A stretch of 59,541 bases of DNA, counting the filler, from Basidioascus undulatus (lineage: Eukaryota): assembly GCA_000826855.1 (NCBI GenBank). It is 3 parts of 3 records of this genome, joined end to end, with 100 filler letters (N's around TTAATTAATTAA, not from the genome) between each part and the next. Parts side by side here need not be neighbours in the genome. Positions count along the whole stretch, not along the records: positions 1 to 19,792 come from JTLS01000398.1; 2 more parts are not named here. One strand, 5' to 3'. Of this stretch, positions 1-12,442 are shown one piece after another. Below the pieces are notes generated by a model. That model was not told the DNA's origin and did not search any database. It saw only the letters and a list, made by a program, of their open reading frames with translations. Within the stretch, counting starts at the first letter, position 1, and every line of letters starts with the position of its first letter. Both the position numbers and the translations under genes were made by a program.

Positions 1-888
1 GAAAGCTGATGGCGCGCGGGGGGAAGGAGGGGGCCGTGATTATTGATTCTTCCTCTACGAGCCCGGCGCTGGTGTGCGGGTGTGGGCGGGCTTTGTGCTG
101 GACTTTGACCTGGACTGACAGACTGATCTGATCATCGCGCTCGGTGGGGGCGTACGGACGAGCCACCCTCCTTCCTGCTCTCCCGACGCTTCACGACGTC
201 GCGCTCTCGCTGAATCAGTCTTGCCTCAGAGCTCAGCCGTTTTCGCGCACCTCTTTCTCGGACGGCTTAGTATTGGCTGCGGGTGTGACCGCTCGGACTG
301 GACTGGACAAAAGATACACCTCAGTCGTCTTACGCAGGCAAACCCCATGGCTCCTCCTCCGTCAACAGCGCATCGACTGATGTCTTTACACATCTTCGTC
401 GCACTCCGTGCCGCTCGTGCACCCCGCTGATGTGCCGCCGTCCGCTTGCGCACTGTAAGGAGAAGCTGAGCGCTGAAGGCGCCGCATAGCCAAGACAGGC
501 CCCTTTTCCGCATCGTGCTTGAGTCTTAATTATCGTAGATGATCATGTTTGGAAATTTCTGAGGAATATATTTTCCTTATATATGAAAATATCATTGGTC
601 TACGCCGTATGCTATATCACGAATGCTTGATGGTTGCGCAAGCATTTTTGGCCGATATTCTCACCAGGGCCGGGACAATGTGCATTGATGTTTCCAGCAT
701 TCTAGGTTTGCAGACCATACCCCACAATGTGCGATGATTAGAGCTCTTTCCGGTCATGAAGTTATCGTTGGTTTACCCAGAAGTTATACCGAAGTACTGT
801 TTCGTCTTTCTACACAGTGATGACAGGGCATTGCTTTCATGCGTCTCTTTGTCAAGCATTGGATGACTGTGCAAACGTCCGACCAGTA

Positions 889-1093
889 CAAAAGTGCCAG
901 CGAAACCAAGCCGTGAGCGAGGATGATTAGCAAGGCGCCTTCGATGCCCTGAAGAGTGTCACTGAACAGTCCCAGGATGACGACAGCCATGTGGGCTACT
1001 GAGCTGATGGCGTTCAGTGCCTTCAAATAGTCTGGCATAAGGTAGCCAGCGATGAGTAGACTAGTGTGATTACTACGATGGTTTGTGCGAGTA
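889..1093 (-). pseudogene. nad4: NUMT: fragment of mitochondrial NADH dehydrogenase subunit 4, frameshifted
   Basis: The minus strand reads [21 protein letters not shown](1-nt loss)[45 protein letters not shown]. This matches the conserved ND4 segment (QTIAVITLIYSSLATLRQTDxKALIAYSSVAHM...SNTLQGIEG...AHGLVS). It has no introns and neither terminus. Confidence 0.9.
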
Positions 1094-1332
1094 CTTACAG
1101 CAAGGGACGAGGTTGGACGCGTGCGCGACTCCACCGAGTGTATGGAGCATCGCTTCAAAGGCACTTGAAAGAAAAGATATATTAAACGACTCTGTATGAG
1201 ATATTAAATACGAGTCTGTATGCATGATGTCACGTCTGTGGCTGTGGTGAAAGCGCAATACTCTTCACCGACATGCTCACTTCGCCTCTTCTTTCTTTGC
1301 ACCCACCATCACCGCGTACTCCACGCACGCAC

Positions 1333-1458
1333 CTTTGAGGAGCCAAGACTTGCACCGTGGCAGTCAGCCCCAGCGTAGAAAGTAACGTTAGCGGCGGCGA
1401 CCGAGGAGGCCAAGGCCAGGACGGCAACGACGGCGGCAGTGAGGTCGCGGACTTGCAT
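1333..1458 (-). CDS. First exon of a small secreted protein (remainder unresolved, possibly truncated)
   Basis: MQVRDLTAAVVAVLALASSVAAA reads as a signal peptide, followed by NVTFYAGADCHGASLGSSK and a GTGCGT donor. Confidence 0.45.
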
Positions 1459-1966
1459 GGCAGTGGCTGAGGAATGGAAGAGGACCAGCAGCATTCATAC
1501 AAGGCGCTTTACACTACTCACAGGGCAAGAGAAAGTTGATGCTGGGCTGGTAACTGCTTTGCAGCGCTTGAGACTTGGTTATCTGCCTTTTGCCTTGAGG
1601 AGGCGAAAGCTATTTATCTGCTGTTGGCCCCGGTGAGCCTGTGATGCTGAGAGTCGGACGCCGTGACGGTCGCCCATGGCCGAAGTGCACGCAGCGTCCA
1701 CGCTGGGACGGCCACAGTAGGGCAGCATGGCTTCGGTCGAGTACCGGGATACTAAGACGATGCTAGTTCTAGACCGGCCAAGCATATGCTGTGCACTCCC
1801 TCGTACCGTCATTTTTTGCGAAGAGCTGCAGCGAGGTCCCGAAGGTGTGCATACTGCAACATGTGCCCCGTACATGGAGAACAAAGACTGGAGGCCGCGA
1901 GGAGGTGTTTCGGGGGTTGTCGCCAGAGGTTTGCATGACTTAGGTTGGTTAGGCATTAAGCTCTGC

Positions 1967-2359
1967 TGCGACGCCGCTAGTGGGCACAGGAGGGGTAGAG
2001 TACAGCAGCGAGAAGGGGCCGAGCCAGCACCACAACCCCCACGTGGGCCTAAGCTTTGCACCAGCAGGAGAAGACTAGGATAGGTAGGGATGAGACGGTG
2101 TTCGGATGCTTGACGGAAGGTGGATTTGATGGTGCGGAGGGTGCGGAGGATGGGGCTGGCGGTGTGAGGTGCAGCATTGAGGAGGCGGTCGATGAGGTTG
2201 ATGCCGGGAATGGTGTGGTCGTTGCCGAGGTGATTCGGAGAGGGTGGCGGCGATGCCTGTGTTGACGCAGGCGGTGTGGGTGCGTCGGGAGGGGCGACCG
2301 CAGAGGCAGGTCCGGCCTTGGGCTGTCTTGCTACGCCAGCGGAGCGCGGTGGTGAGGTC
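1967..2359. repeat. Diverged direct repeat, copy 1 (coding-like remnant on the minus strand)
   Basis: Aligns by eye to 4975-5317, for example GCGACGCCGCTAGTGGGCA and GCAGCATTGAGGAGGCGGTCGATGAGGTTGATGCCGGG. Confidence 0.9.
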
Positions 2360-3555
2360 AGAGGATGCACCTCGTGCACCTCGTTCACGGCAGCGACTCG
2401 TTTATCGGCTGTCTATCGAAGTCTATCCTTATCTTAAGCAGCAATTTTCTCGTCTGTACTATTTTTGCTCCTCGTTTCGGTCTCGAGGGACACGGGCTGC
2501 TCAACTCAGATGCGACGTCAGTGGATTGCCAACGGGATCGGTCATCAGCTGTCGGTGCGCCTGTGCTTACTGAAGGGATAGGTACAGGCAGGTTCAAGAG
2601 CTTTGAGCAACCCGATGAGACGGTCAGGGCGGAGTTGTGAAGCAAGTTGAGGGACGACCTCGCAAGTCCCGCCTGAGCGGTAGTATTGGGCAGTACTTCG
2701 TGAACCAATACTGATGGCTGGGGATCAAAGTGTATGGGTTCGTCGACGTTCTTTGGTATGCTACTGGCTGTTTAGTATGGAAAAAAGCTGAACATAAGTA
2801 GCTGACTGGACCAAATTCCAATGAGCCATGGCCTTTCCGATTTGCCATGTAAGAAACAGGCACGAGCTGCTGGGAGAACACGTTCGACTGTATGTTGTTG
2901 ATCGCTATCAGGCGGCGAGTTCTGAAGCATACCGGACAATGTTTGAGATCGCGCTTTAATTTCAGACACAACTCATCAAACGAATACGATCCAACCCCGT
3001 TGCTTTCAGCGTCCACCCGGCAGCGCAAAAGGCGTAGTCTGCTTTACGTACGGCATATATGTTGCAGAGCTCGTGAGCCGCTGATGGCGGGCTTTTATGC
3101 TGTATTATCATCACGCGCCTGATCCGTTCGGACTGCTGGAAAGTGTATGCGGAAAGCATGCGGCCACCACATGGAGGTACGACTCCGATGCAGAGAGGGT
3201 GGCAAGGGCACAAGGACGGCGTTCGCACCGCAGTGCCTCTTGCTGTTTCAGACCGTCCGGTCGGGGCGGCCTGCCCATCTCAAATGTAGCTGCAGTATAG
3301 TAGGCGGTTTGATAAGTAAGCCTGGACTATATAGAGAAAGCAAATGTTTAGCAAATTTGTTTGCCGCTGGAGACCAGTTTCGACCGTTCCTAACGCCTAA
3401 CCTGAGGAGCGAGCATGTGAAGGCCACACCCCTCACCTCCCCATCCCCCCATAACCCCCACTCCCTGTACCTCCCGTCCTCATTACGCGTCAATTTTGTG
3501 GTGGAACTACGCTGGATTGCCGACGAACCCGCCGCCACCATTCAAGGAGCGGTGC

Positions 3556-4710
3556 ATGAACCCCGCCCAGGCGAGCCGCACGCGCATCCCGTCCACCCCC
3601 GGCGAGCGTTACCTCTATAGCGATCTGGACCCAGCCGGCACCGACGGACTGCGTCCGGCACAGCATCTCATGCTCATGCTCGCGCAGCACCACCTCGTCG
3701 TCCAGGTCCTCACCCGCATCATACGTGCTCGAGACGACGAGAACGCTGACATATTCGCACCGGCCAGCGCCGCGGAGGCGGCGCTGGTCGGGAAGCTCAT
3801 CGGCGGCTGGGGCCCCCGCATCGTGGTGGACTGGGAGATGGTGACCTGGGAGAAGCACGGGGCGCACGCGCCCCAGGCGCCGCCGGACGATGTCCGCATC
3901 TCTGGCTTCACGTGCACAGCTTGTCGGCGCTCTACCACGAGAAGGGCCCCGTCTCGATCGAGTACCAGCGGTACGCGTTCTTTGTGGCTGTCGTTCTGCT
4001 GCATGAGGTGAGTAATGTCTCTCGTGAACCATCGTTGGTTGCAACCAGGCCGCCGCTCTGGGACGATTTGGACTGGGTCTGTGTTTGCGCCGAGCACGCT
4101 CAGACAAGCATTTACCGTTTGTACATGCATCGCTAAGCGCTTCTCTTTTGTTCTCGCTGACAGCTCGCCCACTGGGTCGGCACGCAATACGCCCGCTTCC
4201 GCGGCTTGGACCGCACGCTCTCGCCGAAACGTCTTATCTCGGCGAATGCTTCCGCCAACGAACGGGCGGGACAGGCCGGTTATTACCTCGAGGATGTGTT
4301 ACATGGCGGCGCGATTGGGGCTATCATGGAGGAGGATGCCCTTGAATCGGTGAGCCCCCCGCAAAGCTCTGTGCGCCGCCTTGCATCTGCGCTGACGGGT
4401 TCTCCTTCCCCCGCGTCCTTGCGCGTCGACGATTGCAGCCCGTGATCCTCGAGACCCTCGTCTACAAGACTTCGCGTGACTCGAATGTCGCGTACAAAAT
4501 TTCGGACAATTGGATTCTCCAAATCATCGTGGGCAAATCCCCACATTTTACGTTAAATCAATCAGTGGCACTCCCATCATCGACATGCCAGACCCCATCA
4601 ACCACACCGTCCAGCTCCCCTTCGACCGCATCCCCGTGGACATCGCACCTCAGCGCGTCGCGCGGTACCGCAACGACGAGGACGCCGGGAACCAACTCGT
4701 GCGCCACTGA
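3556..4710 (+). pseudogene. Hypothetical zincin-like (HExxH) protein with two apparent frameshifts
   Basis: FFVAVVLLHE|LAHWVG is joined across the GT-AG intron 4008-4163. It is followed by GQAGYYLEDVLHGG, a second intron at about 4350-4438, frameshifts near 3910 and 4530, and a stop at 4710. Confidence 0.6.
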
Positions 4711-4974
4711 GCGCATGCGCCGAGCAACGCGTCTCGTATCCGTTCTTGTCCTCGAGCTTCACATGTGTCCGTACACCCGCGCAGATCAAAAGGACGCTAT
4801 TACCCGTGCTTCTTCGCATTGTCTCATCCTTTTCCCGATATCCTGTTGCAACTACACCCAAGTACGAGCTCAAGAGCACCAAACAATGCAGTCTTGTATT
4901 TCCGCCTTGTGGAGACAGCAGTGAGAGGCTTGCCGGGGCGCGTCTTGCAAGAATCGTTAGACGTGAGCTCTTCA

Positions 4975-5317
4975 TGCGACGCCGCTAGTGGGCAACAGGA
5001 GGGGTAGAGTACAGGAGCGAGAAGGGCCCGGGCCAGCACCAAAACCACATGGGCGAAAAGCTTTGCACCAGCAGGAGAAGACTAGACTATGTAGGGATGA
5101 GACGGTGTTCAGACGCTTGACGGAGAGTGGATTCGATGGCGCGGAGGATGGGGCTCGCGGTGTGGGGTGCAGCATTGAGGAGGCGGTCGATGAGGTTGAT
5201 GCCGGGGATGGTGTGGTCGTTGCCGAGGGTGATTGGGGTGTCAGGGAGCGTGGTGACGATGGCTTTGTTGACGCAGTTGGTATGGGTGTGGCGCCAGCGG
5301 AGCGCGATGGTGAGGTC
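4975..5317. repeat. Diverged direct repeat, copy 2; part of minus-strand ORF 5087-5542 of unknown function
   Basis: Matches 1967-2359. The minus-strand frame LGNDHTIPGINLIDRLLNAAPHTASPILR is conserved in both copies and has C-ending codon bias. Confidence 0.85.
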
Positions 5318-5569
5318 GAAGGGAGGGAGGGAGAGGATGGGGTCGACTAGGGAGGGTGTGTGGCGAATGTAGCGGCCGAGTGTGCCGACGTTGGCCTCGG
5401 TGGAGAGCCAGTGCCAGTGATGGCTATGGAGGAAGAGCTGGACAAGGGACTTGAGTACAAGCAGCGCGAAAGTTCGACGTCTTTCGTATGAGTTACCGAG
5501 AATTTCAAGACTGCAGTGGGGGACGTGCTGGTTGTCCAACACCCACTCCTCTCAGCAGCGCCAACAATC

Positions 5570-7150
5570 ATGGCAGTCCAGGTGCACCACCCGAACCCGC
5601 CTTCTATCCGCATTTCATCCTCACCGTTCTGCGGGTGGTCTTCTTCGTTTCGTCCTCATCCTCGGTTCACTCCTCGCCCTCAGCATCCTCCTTACTCATC
5701 CGTTCCCCGCCGTACGCCCTCGCGCGTCATGGACGCTGTCCCAACACCTCGAAGCCCGAATTTTCAACACCTTCCTCAGCACTATCAGGCATTTCACGCC
5801 CGGGCCGCAGGGCTTCGGTCTTCCTGAGGGGGAGATCCGGGCTCCGGGAGTCCGCAACTGGGGGAAGGGCATGGGCGTCGGGAGGGAGACGCAAGGCGGG
5901 CGACAAGTGGGTGAAGGGATAGGTTAAGCACGAGAAGGTGCAGCCTGGATGTTCCGGGACGTGGCCGGATGAGAGCATGTCGCCGGAGCAGGAGATGGGA
6001 CCGGCAAGGGGGGAGAGAGGGTCCTACACTACCTCGTCGGCGGTGTAAGTCCATCTGCATGCTCTTCTACAAAAGTAGGTCTCATCGGTTGATTTCTCTA
6101 CAGGCATACCTTTTCGGACAGCCCTTGATCTTCAGGACGGCATGGGATATTCCCCGAGCCACCGGCCTTCGCTGTTTCGCAGTCAACTACCGGAAAGCCC
6201 TCACAGACGACTCGGCCTTTGTACGTCTCCCTGTGCTACCCTGACTGAAATTAATCTTAATCCTGACTGCTGCCTCTTTCTGTTGCTCCGCACTTCCGGC
6301 AGCCCGCGGCGCTGCTTGACGCACTCGCAGGCTACCTTCCTTCGCCTTGTCTTCCCGTCGAGTCCGGCAGGCTCGGGTTCGACCCGGCCAACGTGCTGCT
6401 GATGGCGATTCGCCTGGCTGCCACTTGTGCAATAGGTGTAAGTCTACTTCACCTCTTTCCCTCTGTTGAAGTAATAGGCTTATTGACACTCCCCGCAGAA
6501 CTCGCTACCTCGCGGAGCTCAAAGCCGACGCCCAGGGCCCTTCTGTCGAGCTTCCTGGACGAGTAGCACTCTTTTCCGTGAGTGTTCCCTCCCGGTCAAA
6601 TCTTCCCTTATTCTGTATCCGACCCGCTGAAAATCCCCTTTTCGCCCCTTCCCCGTCTTGCCGTCTTCCTGACAGCCCGCCGCCGACATGTCCATCTCCT
6701 TGCCCTCGCATCGCATCGCGAGAACGCAGGCGTGGACATCATCTCCGGCTCCGGGCGCACTTTCGTCGACTCCCTCCTGCGGCACTACCCCGAGTGGATT
6801 GCGCACCCCTACTTCTCGCCTGCGCTCGCGACCAACCCGGCTAAATGCATGGCCTACCTGCGCGGGACGAGGTCTTTGTTCAGGTAGGTCATTTTCATCC
6901 TGACCACAGCAATTAAAATGAGCTGACGTGAGATGCGCCGATTAGACGGGCGGAGCCCAGCTGCTGCGTGATGAGCAGTTCGCGCTGGTCAAGAAGATGT
7001 CATTTGCGGGCGTGCAGGTCGAGCACCGCAATCGTTCCCGACAATATGCACGAGGCGGGGCTACTGCTGGAGAACAAGGGGATCTGGGACGATCTGTTGG
7101 TAGGCATGGCGAACTTGTTGCAGGACTGGTTTTGGCGGGCATCTGATTCT
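5570..7150 (+). pseudogene. Alpha/beta hydrolase fold-3 (HSL-like esterase/lipase) pseudogene
   Basis: Spliced fragments: ERVLHYLVGG|AYLFGQP, FAVNYRKA, PAALLDALAGY, GFDPANVLL, GDSPGCHL (decayed GDSAGGHL nucleophile elbow, 6404-6427), LFS|PAADMS and GGAQLLRDE...AGVQV. Several frameshifts. Confidence 0.8.
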
Positions 7151-7674
7151 CGCCTTCTCCTGTCGGTGGACTCGCATGGCTGCGTCTGCGTACACTGGCT
7201 GCGCTTCGAGCTCCGCGGATATTGCGTGCTTCGGTTCATCGGCGCAGACTCCAACCTCGATCAACTTCCCCAGCTTCAACTTGCGAATGTTAGACAGCAC
7301 TTCAGTAGCCGAGCATTCGCATTAGCACATGCCTGCATGGGTACGTTTCCAGTCCCCACAAAAGAATGTCCGTTATGTGAAAGCTTCGCCAACATTACCA
7401 TTAACGTCGATCACGTCAATGTGTAGTATCGATTCGCTACGAAGAGTTGCCTACAAAGGACCAACGGGCGACGTGGATCTGCCCATCGTCCGTGCTCTCG
7501 ATCGCAATGTCGTAATGCCCGTCTCTCAGCTGCTCCGAGTCGGTATTGACGTCCAAGGACAACTGCGCAGAGGTCCGCGTCAGCATTGCATAGCGGATCG
7601 GAATCCGTTTAGACGAGCTCCGCACCCTCAGATTGACGGGTTGCCTCGTTCCGGAGCGAGGGGAGAGTGCGACC

Positions 7675-8912
7675 TACGTCATCCAGGTGAGTGTCGTAAG
7701 TGCGAATGAGACCTTTCTCGGCGGCGAAAGCATGTACGATCCGGACGCTGCTGAGGATCTGCTCGAGGAATGAGATCCCCTTACGCTAGAGGTGGCTCGA
7801 GCGGTTCGAGACTTGATTGCTGAGGAATACAGCGGAGCCAAAACTGACGTGAATGGGAGGGACCGCTCCGTGCGACACGCGCCAAGCGCCCAAGGCTATT
7901 ACTGCCGACGACTCACAATAGTAGTGAGAAGGGATAAGGGAGAATAATACACCAGTGAAGAGAGGTGCCGTGCTGAAGGCAACGGCGACTGAATTGGAGA
8001 ATTGAGCTGGACGATAGGGCTGCCGACCAAGCAAGTCTGCTCACTGCCCGCAATGAACGAGACACAGCTGCCACAGGCGTGAAAAATCAGCCTGAACGTT
8101 CCAGCGCTTGAGGGATCCCGGCATATGCGCACCTCACCGCAAGTATGCCCGCCTGTTCGCCGCACCCAGACTTGACCAGGCCCACGTCCCGCGTCATGCG
8201 GGCTGGCAACCTCTGTTCAAGCAGCTCCATTAAAATGTCAGCAAACTGAAGAATCGAAAGTTTGGAAGAAGAATAGACCTCCGGTTCCGACCTTGTCAAA
8301 GTAAAGCAACGTCTTGGTAAAGAACAGCGGCGAGGTAGGCAGTAAGCCTCCTCGCGCAAAAGCGAGCGGACGCGGCGGTGACTGCGTACTTTCATTAACC
8401 AAGATTGCTGGCTTGGGATATCCCTCCTACACAGTGCAAAGAAGAACGCCTGCTGATGAAAGAGCTGATACCCGCGCCAGTCATGATCAACGCTGCATCG
8501 CGGGAGGCGTCGCGAATCTGCGTCGGAGTGTGCGGCGCGCCTCCTTCGATGCCGTTCGTCCACAAGCCTGTAGAGACCGACAATATTCCGTGAGCCCATG
8601 TAGAAACAGAGCACTCAAAAAAGGGGAAAGCTAACCGTAAACGAGATCGAGGCAAGTGTACGGCAGACCCGCAACGATGACATCCAGAAGCCCGCACCGG
8701 TACAGCGGAACTCCGTGCGGGTGGCGTAGCTGAGAAAGTACACGGGACCGGGGAAGATGTGCTTCGGTTCGAATTTGTCGAGAGCCTCGCGATGGTGAGC
8801 GGGGGAGACGACAGCGGACTGGTCCACGGGTACGACACCGACACCCGCGGTAGGCGGCTGGGAGCTGGGCGAGACCGCCCGTGTTGGCGGCGGACGAGCT
8901 CCGCTCGGACAT
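7675..8912 (-). pseudogene. Truncated ABC-B (MDR/P-glycoprotein-like) transporter, N-terminal TMD1 only
   Basis: Fragments in order: YFLSYATRTEF, GLLDVIVAGLPY..LDLVYG, AYLAAVLYQDVA/YFDKVGTG, RMTRDVGLVKSGCGEQAG, VAVAFSTAPLFTGVLFSLIP and FLEQILSSVRIVHAFAAEKGLIRTYDTHL. These match ABCB TMD1 motifs. There are frameshifts and no NBD. Confidence 0.8.
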
Positions 8913-10174
8913 GCGTGAGCGGCTGAGTATGCGACGAAGAAATGATGAACAGGAGTAGTCGTTCAGGGAGAGGAAACCTCCCGAGAAATAGCATCGTTGG
9001 AGGAGCCGCCGCCAGCCGCAACGTCGATAGAAGGTGCCAGCCGCGCGTAACGAGACTTCGGCCACCCCAGGCACGCGGAGCAAGGCAAGATCCACGCAAC
9101 TTATCGCTGTACCACAGCGACCGCGCAACCCCCTTTACGGTCCGGATTCTCGACTATCGCCGCCGAGAGCCTCTCCACTGGAAGAACTTGACGACTAAGA
9201 GTGAAATAGTGCCTGGCATAAGCAGCTTCAGGATACGTTATACAGTGCGACAACACAGTGCCTCTCGTTGCCTGGGAATTGCTGTGAAAATTTGGCAAGG
9301 CTGTCGACTTGCCCTCACCCCATCACCGAAACTGGGTAAAGACAAATAATTCCGTTTCTTCGTCCGAGAGTCCAGGAAGCCCACCGCCGGACGGGCACAG
9401 GCTATGTCGCTTGCTGCTAAGAGCGTGAGTGTGATAGCTGGATCTTTGGCTACTTCTACGCTTTTAGATCATTCACCATGATAGACTACCTTTGTATCTT
9501 CTCCGCACATTTTATTACCATCGCCTGACTGCAGGCTATCGTCTTTCGAATCTATACCTGGCCCGTTCCAGCACGTTCGGGCTACGCTTCCGCTCGAGTC
9601 GCTGGGAACACGTAGACAATCATGGTTAACATAAGAGAAGATTCGGATTTAATCTAGAACATCTGGTATAAAAGATGTTGGCGGCGAGGATGTCCGACTG
9701 TCAGTCTTTAGTCACTTCATGTCACACGCCGCGTCGCCACGTCACAAGTTGTCCACGCTCCGGTATCATGATGCACTACTGCTCTTGTGGATATCACCGC
9801 GAAGTAATATGGTATTCTCATATGCATTGAGCGATCGCATGCCACGTTGGATGAGCCCGGAAGGTGAAGTTCTCCACGCAACCTCAACGCTACCATTCGT
9901 CAACATTCGTGAATAGTTTCCTTCTCACCACCCATCTTCATACCCCCCCCACACGCCATTTCCCAATCTCCCTGCGTACGCCTCAACCCTGAATCGCGTC
10001 AACCGCTCCAAAAAACGGGCCGACGCGTCCCAGACGCGTGCCACCACCCCGCCGCTCATTTCGGCACGGCGTGGAGCCAAGAACGGTGCATGCACTGCAC
10101 GAGTGGGGTTTCTTTCAACTTTCGAACTCCCTCTTGCCTCTGCTTCACCACCTTCCTCCCCTTCCAACAACACC

Positions 10175-11079
10175 ATGCTCGCTACACTCCCAGTCGTTGC
10201 GCTGGCCTTGGCCGGCTCCGTTCGCGGTGCGTTCTGTTGTGGGAAGGGTGAGAAGGAAGCGACTCACGCCGCGCGAGGTGTAGCGTTCGAGGTCAGGAAG
10301 CCTACGTCGGACTAGTATTGGGTTGAAAATTCGTGCGTCTTATTTGGGGGAAGTTGGAGACCAGGCTGAAAGTTTGGAGAGCAGGACCAACATTCTTTCT
10401 TGGACGTCTGAGGATTCGGACCCCTCTAACTTCACAGCGACTTTGACCAACTCGAAAACACAATTATCAACGGGTACTACGCGATTGGGAACACCTGTGA
10501 GCAAAGCCGCAAAGCCTGGCTCTTGCTATTTGTGTGATGTGGGTGCTGAACGTGCCGCGGGTGGTAGTGCCCACTGCGAACGGCGCGGTAGACGTGTGGC
10601 TCACTGCCGTGCAGCCGGCGTACGCTTCAGAATTGTTCTAGGTCCTGTTGAGCTACAACTGATGGCCTTTGTATCCGGGCAGATCCGGCTACAAGGTCGT
10701 CTTCGTCCGGTCCGACTACTTCGGGTACAGCACCGACGCCGCGCTGGGAGAGGTACGTCTTCCTTTCCGCACAAACCCCCGCGTGCGCCAGTAGGCTCAT
10801 CACGCTCCACGGTGTCCCCGAAAACAGATCTATTATGAGTCCTCCGAATTCGAGATCCGGCCCTACGGGTCCGAGCCTTCACCCACCGCGGACGATCCCT
10901 CGTCCTCCTTGCCGTCTGGCTCGGACGGTGACCAGTCGGAGAGCACTGGTACGGGTACGGGCACCGCGAGCGGATCGGAGGCGACCAGCACCGACGAGCC
11001 TGGGAACGCTGAGGTCGGCCCGAGGAGCGGAACGGCATTGGGGTTGTTGCTACTGGTCGGGGGTGCGCTGGCGCTCTGA
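10175..11079 (+). pseudogene. GPI-anchored Ser/Thr-rich cell-wall protein (Kre9/Knh1-like N-terminal domain), paralogue 1, damaged
   Basis: Signal peptide MLATLPVVALALAGSV, then YWVEN, TNILSWTSEDSDPSNF, IYYESSEFEIRP, an S/T/G-rich stalk and the hydrophobic tail GTALGLLLLVGGALAL*. In-frame TAG at 10313-10315 and an apparent frameshift near 10450. Confidence 0.7.
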
Positions 11080-11404
11080 GAGGGTGGGGCTGGGCACTGG
11101 GCGCAGGAAGGGTTGACGGACACGAACGTTGTGTGGCTTACTTTGCAGTATTGTTTTCATGTTGCTTCACTTTACCCATCACATAATATTGCATCCAATG
11201 GGGCGCGGAGGACGATGCCCGTGTCTGGTCTCGCCACCTTCGCCGAAACATGGTCGTTAACGAAGACACAGCGGGACGTCTTCCGCATTATGTCCCGCGC
11301 CTCACTTCCATCCTTTCATAAACCACCCTTACGGCAGAAACATTGTTGCTCCTCTCCTCTTCTCCCCTGATCGACCCACCCTCGAAAGTCAAGTCAAGTC
11401 AACG

Positions 11405-12442
11405 ATGATCCTCGCTGTGCATGTGTCGTGCACGCTTCTGGCGCTGCTCAGCTGCGCACAAGGTTGGTTTTCCTTTTCACGGAAAGAGGGCATCGTGCAC
11501 GATAGGATTGCTCATTCAAAGTCGAACGACATGGGAACCGAACAGCCAAGATCGAAGTCCTCAAGCCGTCCAAGGACCTTTGGTGGGTTGCGGGCGAGTA
11601 CGTTTCCCTTCCCTTCCTCTCCCTCCCCCGCTCCCTCCCCTTCTCCCTCTCCCATCCTTCTTCCCCATCCATGTGTAACCAATCCCCAACGTCAAACGAA
11701 GAACAAACACCCTAACCTGGTACTCCACCGACCCCTCGCACGACCCCCCGGCCATTTCGGCCATGCTCGCGAGCGGGGACGTGACAAGCCTGAACGGCTT
11801 CTGGGCAATCGCGAACGCGGGTACCTTCCCTCCTCTCTCCCCTTCTTCAACCTTCTAGTGAGGTTAGACGAGAAATCTGACTGATAGAGAGGGAGGACAG
11901 TGCGGACAGGCAACGACACCGCCTCCGCAGACGTATGGATCGACGAGACGCGCGTGGGGTAAGCCGCAGGCCCTCCCACAAACTACACCATCTTCTTCGC
12001 CCCCCCAAAAACAACAGACTGACTTGCATGAGTGGGCCAGCACGAACTGGACTGTCGTCCTAGTAGACTCGACCAAGTTCGAGTATACAGACGAGGGAAA
12101 CCCGACAGGCGTGCGTTTCTCGCCCCCCTTCCCTGCTCTGCTTTCCCTTCCCAGCTCAGCATGACGACTCACCAGGTAATTTACACCTCCCCGCCGTTCG
12201 AGATCAAAGAGCCCGGCTCGGCGCAATCGCGCAGCGCGCCCGCACGCCCACCACCCGCGACGTCCACTACCGCGTCGCGCACCAACGCCACGGCTGCCGC
12301 GAACGCCACGGCTGCCGGGAGCGCCACTGCGACGGGCGGGCGGGCGGCGGGGGAATCGGACTCGAACGCCGGAGCGAGGTGGCCGGCGCTGGTGCTCGGC
12401 GCCGGGTGGGGGGTGGTCCTTGCTAGTGTGGTGTGCTTGTAG
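11405..12442 (+). CDS. GPI-anchored Ser/Thr-rich cell-wall protein (Kre9/Knh1-like N-terminal domain), paralogue 2
   Basis: Signal peptide, then KIEVLKPSKDLWWVAG, TNTLTWYST, LNGFWAIANA, VIYTSPPFEIKEPG, a T/A-rich stalk and the hydrophobic C-terminus ARWPALVLGAGWGVVLASVVCL*. Multi-exon. Confidence 0.75.

Noticed and set aside
1..430. Possible terminal exons of a plus-strand gene
   Set aside because: Splice signals are present, but no consistent frame or recognisable product could be established.
10313..10315. In-frame TAG as a possible A-to-I editing (UAG to Trp) site
   Set aside because: It aligns with Leu rather than Trp in the paralogue, and a frameshift follows, so simple decay is more likely.
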